NCBI GenBank assembly: GCA_038231275.1
Contig: JBBRLQ010000041.1
Location: forward strand, 1-60,159
Source of the DNA: Polyangiales bacterium
GTDB taxonomy: Bacteria > Myxococcota_A > Polyangia > Polyangiales > Polyangiaceae
Reading direction: 5' to 3'
DNA length: 60,159 nt
In this document: positions 30,050 to 39,411 of the stretch, piece by piece
How the letters are laid out: the number at the start of each line of letters is the position of its first letter
Numbering within the stretch: the first letter of the stretch is position 1
The notes under the pieces: generated by a model
What the model was told of the DNA's origin: nothing
What the model saw: only the letters and a program-made list of their open reading frames with translations
The model's database searches: none
Translations under genes and position numbers: made by a program

Positions 30050-31750
30050 ATGCTGCGCACGAGAGTCCGAGCGGGGGCCGTGGCGGGGTTCGTCATGAGC
30101 CTCGCCTTCGCGGCGATCCTCACGCTCGTGCAGCGTGGGGAGGCGTTCGTCCCCGCCTGGGCTCCGCACTTCGATGCTCCCACGGCCGTCACGTTGCGCG
30201 TCCCGTACGCGCCGTTCATCACCGTCTCCGCCTCCCGCATCGCCTACGAGCACGCCCGCGTGGTCATTCCCCGGGGCGCCGTCCTCGACGATGATCTGAC
30301 GCACCATCGCATCGCCTTCGCCTACGAGACGATCCACCGCGCCACCACGCCCGCGCGCCTCTGCGCCACGTTCGCCATCTATTTCACGCTGTTCGTCCTC
30401 GCCAGCACCTACCTCCGCCGCTTCGGTCCGTCACGAACGCGCCTGCTCCGGACGCAGCTCGGCCTCTTCGGAGGGATGAGCTTGGTCGTCATCGTCTGCA
30501 AGGCGATGCTCCTCTTCACGCCGCTGCCGGAGTTTTGGATCCCGGCGGCGACGGTGCCGTTGTGGTGCGCGCTCACCTTCGAGCGGCGCACGGCGTTCCT
30601 CATCAACGTGCTCTTGGCGTTCATGACGGCGTCGCTGCTCGATTTCGATCTGCCCCTCCTCTTCGTGCTGATCACGCGCGGCCTGGCGTCGAGCCTCCTC
30701 TTCTTGAACAAGAAGCAGCCGCGGAAAATCCTGAACGCGTCGGTCGGTGGCGCGCTGGTGGCGTCGGTCCTCTATCCCGCGATCATCGTCATCTTCGAGG
30801 GCACCTACGCGCCGCTGGCCGATTTGCGCCTTGGCATCGCGTCACCGCTCCTCGCGTGCGCGCTCGGTGGAATCCTGGACGGCGTCATCGCGTTCTTCCT
30901 TCGGGAGCCGGCGCAGCGACTCCTCGGCACCGTGTCGCGCGATCGCCTGCTCGATCTGACGGATCTCGAGCATCCCCTCCTCCAAAAGATGTCGCGCGAG
31001 GCGCCGGGGTCGTGGGAGCACGCGCGCGCGATGGCGAACCTGGCCGAAGCGGCCGCGGCGGCAATTGGCGCGGACGCCCTGCTCACGCGCGTCGGCGCCT
31101 ACTACCACGACCTCGGAAAGACGCTTCAGCCCAAGTACTTCGTCGAGAACCTGCTCCCCGACGAGCGAACGCCGCACGACGATCTGGAGCCCGACGTCTC
31201 CGCCGACGCGATCATGGCGCACGTCGTTCAAGGCTCGAAGATCCTGCGCGACGGCGGCATCCCCGAGCCAGTCGTGGAGTTCGCGTACACGCACCACGGC
31301 ACCCAGACGATCGAGTTTTTCTGGCACCGGTGCAAAGAGCGCGGCAACCCACGCAAGCTGTCGGAGGACTTCTTTCGCTACCCCGGCATGAAGCCGCAGA
31401 CGAAAGAGACCGCCATCCTCATGCTCGTCGACTCGATCGAGGCGGCCAGCCGCACGATCCAGCCGCCCGACCGCACCAAGTTCGAAGAGATGATCCAGCG
31501 CATCATCTTCACCAAGGTGAAGAGCGGCCAGCTCGACGACAGCGGTCTCTCGATCGAAGATCTGAAGACGGTCATCGTCCGCATGAGCGACACGCTCGTG
31601 AACATGTACCACGGCCGCATCAAGTACCCTTGGCAAGACAAGGACAGAGACAAGGACGAGAGGCCGGAGAAGGGGGGCGCCGCCAAAGCGCAGGACAAAC
31701 CCGACGAGGTGGAGCGCGGCGCCGCGCCTGCCAAGGAAAAGCCCAACTGA
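30050..31750 (+). CDS. 7TM-HD (HDIG) phosphohydrolase, PgpH-like c-di-AMP phosphodiesterase
   Basis: Multiple TMs, then APGSWEHARAMANLAEAAA..VGAYYHDLGK..YFVEN, HHGT, FRYPGMKPQTKETAILMLVDSIEAA. Confidence 0.88.
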   Translation: MLRTRVRAGAVAGFVMSLAFAAILTLVQRGEAFVPAWAPHFDAPTAVTLRVPYAPFITVSASRIAYEHARVVIPRGAVLDDDLTHHRIAFAYETIHRATTPARLCATFAIYFTLFVLASTYLRRFGPSRTRLLRTQLGLFGGMSLVVIVCKAMLLFTPLPEFWIPAATVPLWCALTFERRTAFLINVLLAFMTASLLDFDLPLLFVLITRGLASSLLFLNKKQPRKILNASVGGALVASVLYPAIIVIFEGTYAPLADLRLGIASPLLACALGGILDGVIAFFLREPAQRLLGTVSRDRLLDLTDLEHPLLQKMSREAPGSWEHARAMANLAEAAAAAIGADALLTRVGAYYHDLGKTLQPKYFVENLLPDERTPHDDLEPDVSADAIMAHVVQGSKILRDGGIPEPVVEFAYTHHGTQTIEFFWHRCKERGNPRKLSEDFFRYPGMKPQTKETAILMLVDSIEAASRTIQPPDRTKFEEMIQRIIFTKVKSGQLDDSGLSIEDLKTVIVRMSDTLVNMYHGRIKYPWQDKDRDKDERPEKGGAAKAQDKPDEVERGAAPAKEKPN

Positions 31751-33465
31751 TGCACGGTCCCTCCTTCATGAAGTCCCTGTTCCACGGCGTGGTCGCCGAG
31801 GGGACGATCTTCCCGTTCCCCGAGCCGACGCAGTCGGAGGGGGACAACCTCCACATCATGATGGACAGCGTGCGGAAGTTCTGCGCCGCCAACGTCGACT
31901 CGAGGAAGCTCGATCGCGACGCCGTGATGCCGGACGACGTCATTCGGGGCCTCAAGGAGCTCGGCCTCTTCGGCCTCGTGATCCCGCAAGAGCATGGCGG
32001 GGTCGGGCTGTCGGCAACCGGCTACGCGCGCCTCATCGAGGAGGTCGCGACGCTCGACGCGTCGGTCGCCGTCACCCTCGGCGGGCACCAGTCGATCGGC
32101 CTGAAGGCGCTGCTCCTCTTCGGCACGGAGGAGCAGAAGAAGAAGTATCTCCCGCGCCTCGCGACCGGGGAGCACGTCGCCGCGTTCGCCCTCACCGAGC
32201 CCGGCGCCGGGAGCGACGCGGCCGCCATCCAGACGCGCGCCGAGGAGACGCCGGAGGGAGACTTCCTGCTGAACGGCTCGAAGATCTGGATCACCAATGG
32301 CGGCTTCGCGGATCTCTTCACCGTGTTCGCGCGCACGTCGTCCATCGAAGAGGGCAGCAAGCCCCGCATCACCGCGTTCCTCGTCGAGCGCGCGTGGGGC
32401 ATCAAGAACGGCCCCAACGAGCACAAGCTCGGCATCCGAGCGAGCTCGACCACCGAGATCTCGTTCGAGAACGTGCGGGTCCCGCGCGAGAACGTGCTCG
32501 GCGAGGTCGGGCGCGGCTTCAAGGTCGCGATGGAGGTCCTGAACAGCGGGCGCCTTGGCCTCGCGAGCGGCTGCGTCGGCTCGTGCAAGCGCCTCATCAA
32601 GATGGCGGTCGAACGCTGCCACGAGCGCAAGGCGTTCGGCCGCCCGATCGGCGAGTTCGGCCTCATCAAAGACAAGATCACGACGATGATCGCCGAGTGT
32701 TTCGCGCTCGAGAGCATGACGTACCTGACGACGGGGCTCGTCGACGCGAAGATCGAGGACTATTCGATCGAGAGCGCGATCTGCAAAGTGTACGGCTCCG
32801 AAGCGCTCTGGCGCACCGTCAACGAGGCGCTGCAGATCGCCGCCGGCATCGGCTACATGCAGGAGTACCCGTACGAGCGGCTCTTGCGGGACGCGCGGAT
32901 CAACCTGATTTTCGAGGGAACGAACGAGATCCTGCGGTGCTTCATCGCGCTCTCGGGCATGCAGGGGCCCGGGAAGGAGCTCGTGGAGGTCGCCAAGGCG
33001 ATCCGCGAGCCGATCAAGGGGTTCGGGCTGCTCAGCGATTTCGCGATCCGCAAAGCGCGCTCGGCGCTGGGCCGCGAGCGGATGACGCGGGCGCATCCCG
33101 CGCTGGGGCGCGAGGCAGTGATCCTCGAGCAGTACGCGGGAGACCTCGCGCGCAACGTCGACAAGGTCATGCGCAAGCACGGCAACCAGATCCACGAAAT
33201 GCAGTACACGCAGAAGCGCATCGCCGACATGGCGATCGATCTCTACGCGGTGGCCGCGTGCGTCGCCCGCACGACGCGCGCGATCGAGCGGCGCGGGGAA
33301 GAAGGCGCGCGTCGGGAGATCGATCTCACGAGCGTCGTCGGCGCGGCGGCCGAGGAGCGCATGCGCCAGATCGTGGCGAGCTTCGACCGCAACGACGACG
33401 AGCTGCGAAAGTCGATCGCGAGCAAGGCCTACGCGGACGGAGGTTACCCGTTCGATATTTTGTAG
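31750..33465 (+). CDS. Acyl-CoA dehydrogenase (VLCAD/ACAD9-like)
   Basis: AFALTEPGAGSDAA, LNGSKIWITNGG, KLGIRASST, RDARINLIFEGTNEILR. Confidence 0.95.
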   Translation: MHGPSFMKSLFHGVVAEGTIFPFPEPTQSEGDNLHIMMDSVRKFCAANVDSRKLDRDAVMPDDVIRGLKELGLFGLVIPQEHGGVGLSATGYARLIEEVATLDASVAVTLGGHQSIGLKALLLFGTEEQKKKYLPRLATGEHVAAFALTEPGAGSDAAAIQTRAEETPEGDFLLNGSKIWITNGGFADLFTVFARTSSIEEGSKPRITAFLVERAWGIKNGPNEHKLGIRASSTTEISFENVRVPRENVLGEVGRGFKVAMEVLNSGRLGLASGCVGSCKRLIKMAVERCHERKAFGRPIGEFGLIKDKITTMIAECFALESMTYLTTGLVDAKIEDYSIESAICKVYGSEALWRTVNEALQIAAGIGYMQEYPYERLLRDARINLIFEGTNEILRCFIALSGMQGPGKELVEVAKAIREPIKGFGLLSDFAIRKARSALGRERMTRAHPALGREAVILEQYAGDLARNVDKVMRKHGNQIHEMQYTQKRIADMAIDLYAVAACVARTTRAIERRGEEGARREIDLTSVVGAAAEERMRQIVASFDRNDDELRKSIASKAYADGGYPFDIL

Positions 33466-33478
33466 TGCGCGCGCCGCT

Positions 33479-34552
33479 TCAGGGCTGAGGGGTGTTTTCG
33501 GAGGAGCCGAGGGGCGCGGCGGCGGCGGTGAGCTTGGCGCGAGCGATTTCTACGGCGCGGGTGATGATGGCGGCGTCCGCGTCGGTGGCGGCTACGCGCG
33601 TCGTTCCCTTCGGGGTCCAGCGCACGAGGACGTCGGCCACGATCGGCGAGGGAGCGCCGGGCGGAGTCTCGAGCGCCGGAGACTGCGCGATGGCGATGAA
33701 GGTGGCCTGCCATCGCCACCCGATCGCGGCGCGGACGATCGTGCCGATCGGCAATTGTCGGACGAAGTAGTCGCCTTGTTGCGCGCGCACCTCGTGGTCG
33801 CGGATCTGTGTGCGCGGCCCATCCCACGTCGGCAAGAGGAGAACGAGGCGGAGCACCATCGCGCCGCCGGGGCGCGTCTGCGCGAGGTGACGCGTCGTCG
33901 CATCCTTGACCTCCCAGTAGACGAAGAGCGTCGACGGATCGACGGGGATGGCGACGCACTCGTCGACGTCGTACCGCGACGGGAGCGGCTCGTCGTCGCG
34001 CATGCGCGCGATCGGAGCTTTTTTCTGCGGGATCAGCGCTTCGCCGGACTCCGGGGGGGCCGGCGCGTCGTCCTCCGGCGGGAGCGGCGGCGGCGGCGCG
34101 ACGTATGCCGTGTCCTCGAGCTGGGCCAGCAAGCTGCGCGCGGCCGAATGATCCGGCTCGCGCTCGAGGACGCGGCGCAGCGTCTCGACGGCGCGGTCCT
34201 TGTGGCCCTGGGTCGCGTAGATCTCGGCGAGGGTCACGGTGGGGAGGGCGGCGGCGGCGCGCGCGGGAGGCCCGGCAGGCGGCGGCGGCGCGATCGAGCG
34301 GATGCGATCGGCGGCGTCGGGCAGGTGCAGCCCCTTCTCCACCACGCGCGCGAGGAGATCGCGCGCGCGCCCGAAGAAGCCGCGGGCTCGGGCGATCGTA
34401 CCTTCGTCCTTGGCGCCGGCGCGCGCGGTGCGGAGGAGAAGCTCGTCGATCAGCTCGGGCCGCGTGAGAATGCGCGCGCGCGAGACGCCGGCCTGGTCGG
34501 CCTTCGTGATGAGGGTGTCCCGGTCGAGCGCTTCGAGCTCCGCGCGTTCCAT
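33479..34552 (-). CDS. DUF4912 domain protein with TPR-like middle segment
   Basis: LPSRYDVDECVAIPVDPSTLFVYWE; PTVTLAEIYATQGH; short helical N-domain. Confidence 0.75.
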   Translation of the reverse strand: MERAELEALDRDTLITKADQAGVSRARILTRPELIDELLLRTARAGAKDEGTIARARGFFGRARDLLARVVEKGLHLPDAADRIRSIAPPPPAGPPARAAAALPTVTLAEIYATQGHKDRAVETLRRVLEREPDHSAARSLLAQLEDTAYVAPPPPLPPEDDAPAPPESGEALIPQKKAPIARMRDDEPLPSRYDVDECVAIPVDPSTLFVYWEVKDATTRHLAQTRPGGAMVLRLVLLLPTWDGPRTQIRDHEVRAQQGDYFVRQLPIGTIVRAAIGWRWQATFIAIAQSPALETPPGAPSPIVADVLVRWTPKGTTRVAATDADAAIITRAVEIARAKLTAAAAPLGSSENTPQP

Positions 34553-34631
34553 CGCTCTTCACATACCGCAGCCGCGCGGACGGCGAAACAGTCGCGTCAG
34601 GAGCGGCGTCCGGTCGGCGTGACTCGCGGCG

Positions 34632-35582
34632 TCAGGCGAGCGCCTTTTTCGCCGCGGTGGCGTCGGCGGCGATCTGCGCCTTGAGGGCGTCGAGGCCGTC
34701 GAATTTCTTCTCGTCCCGGAGGTGCGCGGCGAGGTGCACGCGCAGCGTTCGGCCGTACAGGTCCCCGTCGAAGTCGAACAGGTGAACCTCCTGCGTGCGA
34801 CGACCGCTGCCGTCCACCGTGGGGCGAACGCCGACGTTCATGACGCCGCGCCCGAGGGGTGTGGGGACGCCGGCGTCGTCGAGCGTGTCCACCGTGACGG
34901 CGTACACACCGTCCTTCGGCACCAGCTCGGCCACGTCCTCGACGTTGGCCGTCGGAAACCCGATCGTTCGCCCGCGCTTGTCCCCCTCGCGGACCGTCCC
35001 CGAGAAGGCGTATCGCCTCCCGAGCACGGCTTCGGCGCGCGCCGTGTCGCCGTCCGCGAGGGCGGCGCGTACGCGGGTGCTCGAAAACGGGCCGCCTTCG
35101 TCTCCCGCCATCGGATGGGGCTGCGCGACGAAGCCGAGCGACACGCCTAGCGCGCGGAGGATCGCGAGGTCCCCCGCGCGTTGCGCGCCGAAGCGGAAGT
35201 TGTTCCCCACGACGACGATCTGCGCGCGGAGCTGCTCTTTCACCAGCTCGCGCGCGAATCGTTCGGGAGACCACGCCGCGAGCTCGCGATCGAACGCCCG
35301 CACCCACACGGCGTCGACGCCCGCCTCGCGGAGGAGCGCGCTCTTGTGCGTCAACGTGGTGAGCGCGGGAGGGGCGCCGCGTCCGATGATCGCCGCCGGG
35401 TGCGGATCGAACGTGAGGACGGCCGTGGCGAGCCCCGCCGCCGACGCGGTCTCCTTCGCCTGCGCCAGCACCGCCCGATGACCCCGGTGCACGCCGTCGA
35501 AGTTGCCGACGATGAGGAGCTGGGGACCGGACGGCGCCGCCGGGGAGGCGTCGTCGATCCGGATGTAGGGAGGCGCGGCCAC
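34632..35582 (-). CDS. ribF: Bifunctional riboflavin kinase/FAD synthetase
   Basis: GNFDGVHRGH, TFDPHP, GDKRGRTIGFPTAN, GVRPT, LRDEKKFDGLDALKAQI. Confidence 0.96.
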   Translation of the reverse strand: MAAPPYIRIDDASPAAPSGPQLLIVGNFDGVHRGHRAVLAQAKETASAAGLATAVLTFDPHPAAIIGRGAPPALTTLTHKSALLREAGVDAVWVRAFDRELAAWSPERFARELVKEQLRAQIVVVGNNFRFGAQRAGDLAILRALGVSLGFVAQPHPMAGDEGGPFSSTRVRAALADGDTARAEAVLGRRYAFSGTVREGDKRGRTIGFPTANVEDVAELVPKDGVYAVTVDTLDDAGVPTPLGRGVMNVGVRPTVDGSGRRTQEVHLFDFDGDLYGRTLRVHLAAHLRDEKKFDGLDALKAQIAADATAAKKALA

Positions 35583-35624
35583 GACTCCCTGCCTATAGTA
35601 CGAGAAAGCGCCCGCACGAAGCGG

Positions 35625-35774
35625 TCATCCGCGCGAGCCGGCGCGCTCCGGGCGATCGAACCGGACCTCCCCGTGGTTGACGTCGGCCAATGACGTGACC
35701 CGCCGCGGCGTGGCGGCGCCGCAGGCGGTGAGGAGCGCGGCGAGGGCGAGGAGAACGACGTTCGAGATCTGCAT
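35625..35774 (-). CDS. 49-aa lipoprotein (possibly a truncated remnant)
   Basis: GGAGG 6 nt before ATG; MQISNVVLLALAALLTAC lipobox. Confidence 0.55.
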   Translation of the reverse strand: MQISNVVLLALAALLTACGAATPRRVTSLADVNHGEVRFDRPERAGSRG

Positions 35775-35826
35775 GGGAAACCTCCGTGGTTGCCCATTTC
35801 GTAAGCCCGCGCGCGGGGCCCGGTGA

Positions 35827-35879
35827 GTGCCTGAAGTCACCCTGCCGGAGCGTGACTTTTGGACCATGACTTCCGGCAC
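35827..35879. promoter_or_regulatory. Three 14-bp boxes, likely response-regulator sites
   Basis: GTGACTTCAGGCAC (minus 35827-40), GTGACTTTTGGACC (35852-65), ATGACTTCCGGCAC (35866-79). Confidence 0.6.
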
Positions 35880-35915
35880 ATGGCGCCGCGTCCGCCCTTG
35901 TCCCATACTCGGCCC

Positions 35916-37049
35916 ATGGGTCACCCCCTGCTCGAAGGACGCATCCTGCGCCTCGCCGCGATCGCGGTGTCGCTGCTCGCCGTATCAGGGGTCCTGACGA
36001 GCATTCCCGGGCATCTCGGCCCTCTGTCGGCCGCGTGGCTCGGCGCATACGCGGTGTACGTCGGCGCCCTGTGGCTCTCGTTCTCATCGGCGCGCGCGTG
36101 GCAGACCCCAAAAGCGCGTGTCAGCCTCCTCGCCATCCAGGGCGTCGCGCCGTTCGTGATGGCGTCGCTCGTCCCGTGCCACTTCGGCGGGCTCCTCCAC
36201 GTCATCGTCGCGTGGCAGGCGGCGCTCCTCCTGCGACCGGTGCTCGCGATCGCGTGGGTCGCCGGGCAGATCGGCGTCATGACGGCGCTCATCTGCCAGA
36301 CGTGCAGCCCCGACATGGTGCCGATCCTCGTCTTCATCGGGCTCCAGTTCTTCGCGCTGATCACCGCGTCGGCGACGCGTCGCGAGGTGAATTACCGCGC
36401 GGAGCTCTCGCAGGCGAACGCGGAGCTGAAGGCCACGCGCGCGATCCTCGCGGAGTCGTCGCGCATCGGCGAGCGCATGCGCATCGCGCGCGATCTGCAC
36501 GACACCGTCGGCCACCACCTGACGGCGCTCAGCTTGAACCTCGAGGTCGCGACCCACGCCGACGGACAGAAGCGCGAGCACCACGTCGCCAAATCCAAGG
36601 AGATCGCCTCGCGCCTGCTCGGTGATGTGCGCGACGTGGTGAGCGCGCTGCGCAGCGACGAAGGCGTTGACGTCGCGTGCGTCCTCGCGCCGCTCGTCGA
36701 GGATGCTGGCGATCTGAAGGTCGAGCTCGACGTACCGACCGACCTCCGGATCGAGTGCCCGGAGCGGGCCGACGCCCTCGTCCGCTGCGTGCAAGAGATC
36801 GTCACCAACGCGCGCAAGCACGCGTGCTGCGCGACGCGCGTAGCGATCCGAATCCACAAAGACGGCAGCGCGCTGGCGGTCCACGCCGAGGACGACGGCC
36901 GCCCCTCCGGCGAGATTCGCGAGGGTTTCGGCCTGCGCGGGATGAAGGAGCGCTTCGAGAAGATCGGCGGATGGATCCGCGCGAGCGCGCGCCCCGGCGG
37001 CGGCTTCGCGATCGACGCGTCGCTCCCCCTCGGGACCGAGGCGCGATGA
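35916..37049 (+). CDS. Membrane sensor histidine kinase (HisKA_3, DesK-like)
   Basis: ERMRIARDLHDTVGHHLTALSLNLE, VQEIVTNARKH, GFGLRGMKER. Confidence 0.93.
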   Translation: MGHPLLEGRILRLAAIAVSLLAVSGVLTSIPGHLGPLSAAWLGAYAVYVGALWLSFSSARAWQTPKARVSLLAIQGVAPFVMASLVPCHFGGLLHVIVAWQAALLLRPVLAIAWVAGQIGVMTALICQTCSPDMVPILVFIGLQFFALITASATRREVNYRAELSQANAELKATRAILAESSRIGERMRIARDLHDTVGHHLTALSLNLEVATHADGQKREHHVAKSKEIASRLLGDVRDVVSALRSDEGVDVACVLAPLVEDAGDLKVELDVPTDLRIECPERADALVRCVQEIVTNARKHACCATRVAIRIHKDGSALAVHAEDDGRPSGEIREGFGLRGMKERFEKIGGWIRASARPGGGFAIDASLPLGTEAR

Positions 37050-37687
37050 TCCGCGTCTGCATCGTCGACGATCAGACGCTGGTGCGCGAGGGCATCCGCA
37101 GCCTCCTCGGCTTGGCGGGCGACATCGAGGTCGTCGCCGAGGCATCCGACGGGCAAGAGGCCATCGGCGCGATCATGAGGTCGACGCCCGACGTGGTGCT
37201 TCTCGACATGCGGATGCCGAAGAAGACGGGCATCGACGTCCTGAAGGAGCTCCGTGCGCGCGCCGTCGAAGTACGAGCAATCTTGCTCACGACGTTCGAC
37301 GAGGACGCCGTCGTCCTCGAAGCGGTGCGCGCCGGCGCCAAGGGATTCTTGCTGAAGGATGTCACGAAAGACGCGCTTTTCTCGGCGATCCGCGAGCTCG
37401 CGGCCGGCGGGACGCTCATCCAACCGGCGGTGACCGAGCGCATCGTCCGCGGGCTCGAGAAGAACCCGCGCAATTTCGAGTCTTCCGGTCTGCCGCAAGC
37501 GTTGACCGATCGCGAGACGCAGATCCTCCGCCTCCTCGCCGGCGGCTACAGCAACCGCGAGATCGCCGACGCGCTCAGCGTCGCCGAAGGCACCGTGAAG
37601 AACCACGTGTCGAACGTGCTGTCGAAAATCGGCGTCCGCGACCGCACGCGCGCGGTCTTGAAGGCGATCGAGCTCGGGTACATCTGA
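37046..37687 (+). CDS. NarL/LuxR family response regulator
   Basis: IVDDQTLVREG, LLDMRMP, LTDRETQILRLLAGGYSNREIA..TVKNHVS; ATGA overlap. Confidence 0.95.
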   Translation: MIRVCIVDDQTLVREGIRSLLGLAGDIEVVAEASDGQEAIGAIMRSTPDVVLLDMRMPKKTGIDVLKELRARAVEVRAILLTTFDEDAVVLEAVRAGAKGFLLKDVTKDALFSAIRELAAGGTLIQPAVTERIVRGLEKNPRNFESSGLPQALTDRETQILRLLAGGYSNREIADALSVAEGTVKNHVSNVLSKIGVRDRTRAVLKAIELGYI

Positions 37688-37798
37688 GCCCGATTCGCAC
37701 GTGGCGCCCTGTGAGCGCCGGTCACTGGTTGTGGATCGCGTTCAACAAGTCGTGATGGAGAGCATCGCGCGCGCCTGAAAAACGCGCGTATTCGTGCG

Positions 37799-37814
37799 TG
37801 GTACATCGGTTGCT
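37799..37814 (+). promoter_or_regulatory. sigma54 -24/-12 promoter
   Basis: TGGTACA-TCGG-TTGCT; imperfect palindrome TTGTGGAT-cgcg-TTCAACAA at 37729-37748 as possible enhancer. Confidence 0.7.
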
Positions 37815-37825
37815 TGAGGGGTGGC

Positions 37826-38212
37826 ATGGTCGCAGCCCTCAGCCGAACCCACCTCGACTCCGACGACGCGCGACGGGAGCTGCGCGCGGCGGTGGCTACG
37901 CTCGTCCGCGCCTGCCCGTCGCGGATCGTCGACGAGCTCGACGTGGACGGGTGCCGTTATGTCGTCACGCGCGTCGACGCGCCATCGCCTCTTCGCCTGC
38001 TCTCGCCGCGTGAGACGCAGCTCATCGAGCTCGCTGCGGCAGGGTTCGAGCCCAAAGTGATCGCGTACGATCTGGGGCTCGCGCCGTCGACGGTGCGCGT
38101 CCTCCTCGCGCGCGCGGGGCGAAAGCTGGGCGCCCACACGTGGCGCGAGCTCGTGGCGCTCTACCAACGCGCGAAGGCCGAGGACGCGGGGGCCTCGGCG
38201 GAAGAGCATTGA
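37826..38212 (+). CDS. Small LuxR-type HTH regulator without receiver domain
   Basis: LSPRETQLIELAAAGFEPKVIAYDLGLAPSTVRVLLARAGRKLG. Confidence 0.85.
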   Translation: MVAALSRTHLDSDDARRELRAAVATLVRACPSRIVDELDVDGCRYVVTRVDAPSPLRLLSPRETQLIELAAAGFEPKVIAYDLGLAPSTVRVLLARAGRKLGAHTWRELVALYQRAKAEDAGASAEEH

Positions 38213-39405
38213 GCGCCGAGCCGACGACGTCGCCGCTCGCGTCGCCGCTGAGGCTCCCGTGCGGGGCGGTCCTCGCGAACCGCATCGCGAAGACCGCGAC
38301 GAGCGAGGGCCTCGCGACGGAGCACATGCTGCCGCACGAAGGGCACGCGCGCCTCTATGGACGGTGGGCGGCGGGCGGCGCGGGGTTGCTCGTCACCGGC
38401 AACGTCATGATCGATCCGTCGCGTCGCGTGGCGCGCGGGGACGTGGCGCTGCACGCAGGCTCGCCGCGCAGTCCCTTCACCGAGTGGGCACAAGCGGCGA
38501 ATCCGGCGGCCATCTGGATGCAGCTGAGCCACCCCGGTCGGCAGTCTCCGCGCGCGCTGGATCGGGCGCCGGTCGCGCCGTCGGCCGTGCGCCTGCGGAC
38601 GGGCATCGTCGTGTTCGCGACGCCGCGGGCGCTGTCGGAAGACGAGATACGGGGTTTGGTGGACGCGTTCGCCGAAGGGGCGGCGCGCGCGAAGGACGCG
38701 GGGTTCGACGGTGTGCAGCTCCACGCTGCGCACGGGTACTTGCTGCATCAGTTTCTGTCGCCGCGAACGAACCTGCGAACCGACGCCTGGGGAGGGACCC
38801 CCGAAAAGCGCCGTCGGCTGCTCCTCGCCGTGATCGCCGCCGTTCGCTCGCGCGTGGGAGGCGCGTTTCCGATCGCGGTGAAGACGAGCGCGCCGCTGCC
38901 CGACGAACCGCGCGCGGAGGGCGAGGCGATCGATCTCTCGCGCGCGCTGGAGGACGCGGGGATCGATCTGATCGAGATCACGGGCGGGACCTACGAGCAC
39001 GATCTGGTCCTCGCCCGACGCGACGGCGCGAGGGATCGCCGCGAAGCCTATTTTGCCCCGTTCGCCGAGCGTGTCCGCGCGAACGTGAAGGTGCCGCTCG
39101 CCTTGACCGGGGGGTTCCGGACGCCCGACGCGATGGCGCGCGCGGTCACGAGCGGCCTCACGGACGTGGTCGGGCTCGCCCGGCCGTTGATCGTGGATCC
39201 GGATCTGCCGCGGCGAATCTTGGCCGGCGAGCGCGCGCGTCACGACGTCAAGGTGACACCGCTCGGCGTCAAGCTCACCGACGCGGCCACCGAGCTCGCG
39301 TGGTACGTGGAGCAGCTGCGCCGACTCGCGCGCGGGCAGGACGCGGACTTCACGCTGCCACGTGCGCGCGCGCTCTCGGCGGCGTTGCGCGCGTTCCTGC
39401 CGTGA
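38209..39405 (+). CDS. NADH:flavin oxidoreductase (Old Yellow Enzyme family)
   Basis: NRIAKTATSEGL, MQLSHPGRQ, GFDGVQLHAAHGYLLHQFLSPRTNLRTDAWGG; TTG start overlaps upstream TGA. Confidence 0.92.
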   Translation: MSAEPTTSPLASPLRLPCGAVLANRIAKTATSEGLATEHMLPHEGHARLYGRWAAGGAGLLVTGNVMIDPSRRVARGDVALHAGSPRSPFTEWAQAANPAAIWMQLSHPGRQSPRALDRAPVAPSAVRLRTGIVVFATPRALSEDEIRGLVDAFAEGAARAKDAGFDGVQLHAAHGYLLHQFLSPRTNLRTDAWGGTPEKRRRLLLAVIAAVRSRVGGAFPIAVKTSAPLPDEPRAEGEAIDLSRALEDAGIDLIEITGGTYEHDLVLARRDGARDRREAYFAPFAERVRANVKVPLALTGGFRTPDAMARAVTSGLTDVVGLARPLIVDPDLPRRILAGERARHDVKVTPLGVKLTDAATELAWYVEQLRRLARGQDADFTLPRARALSAALRAFLP

Positions 39406-39411
39406 CGCGAC

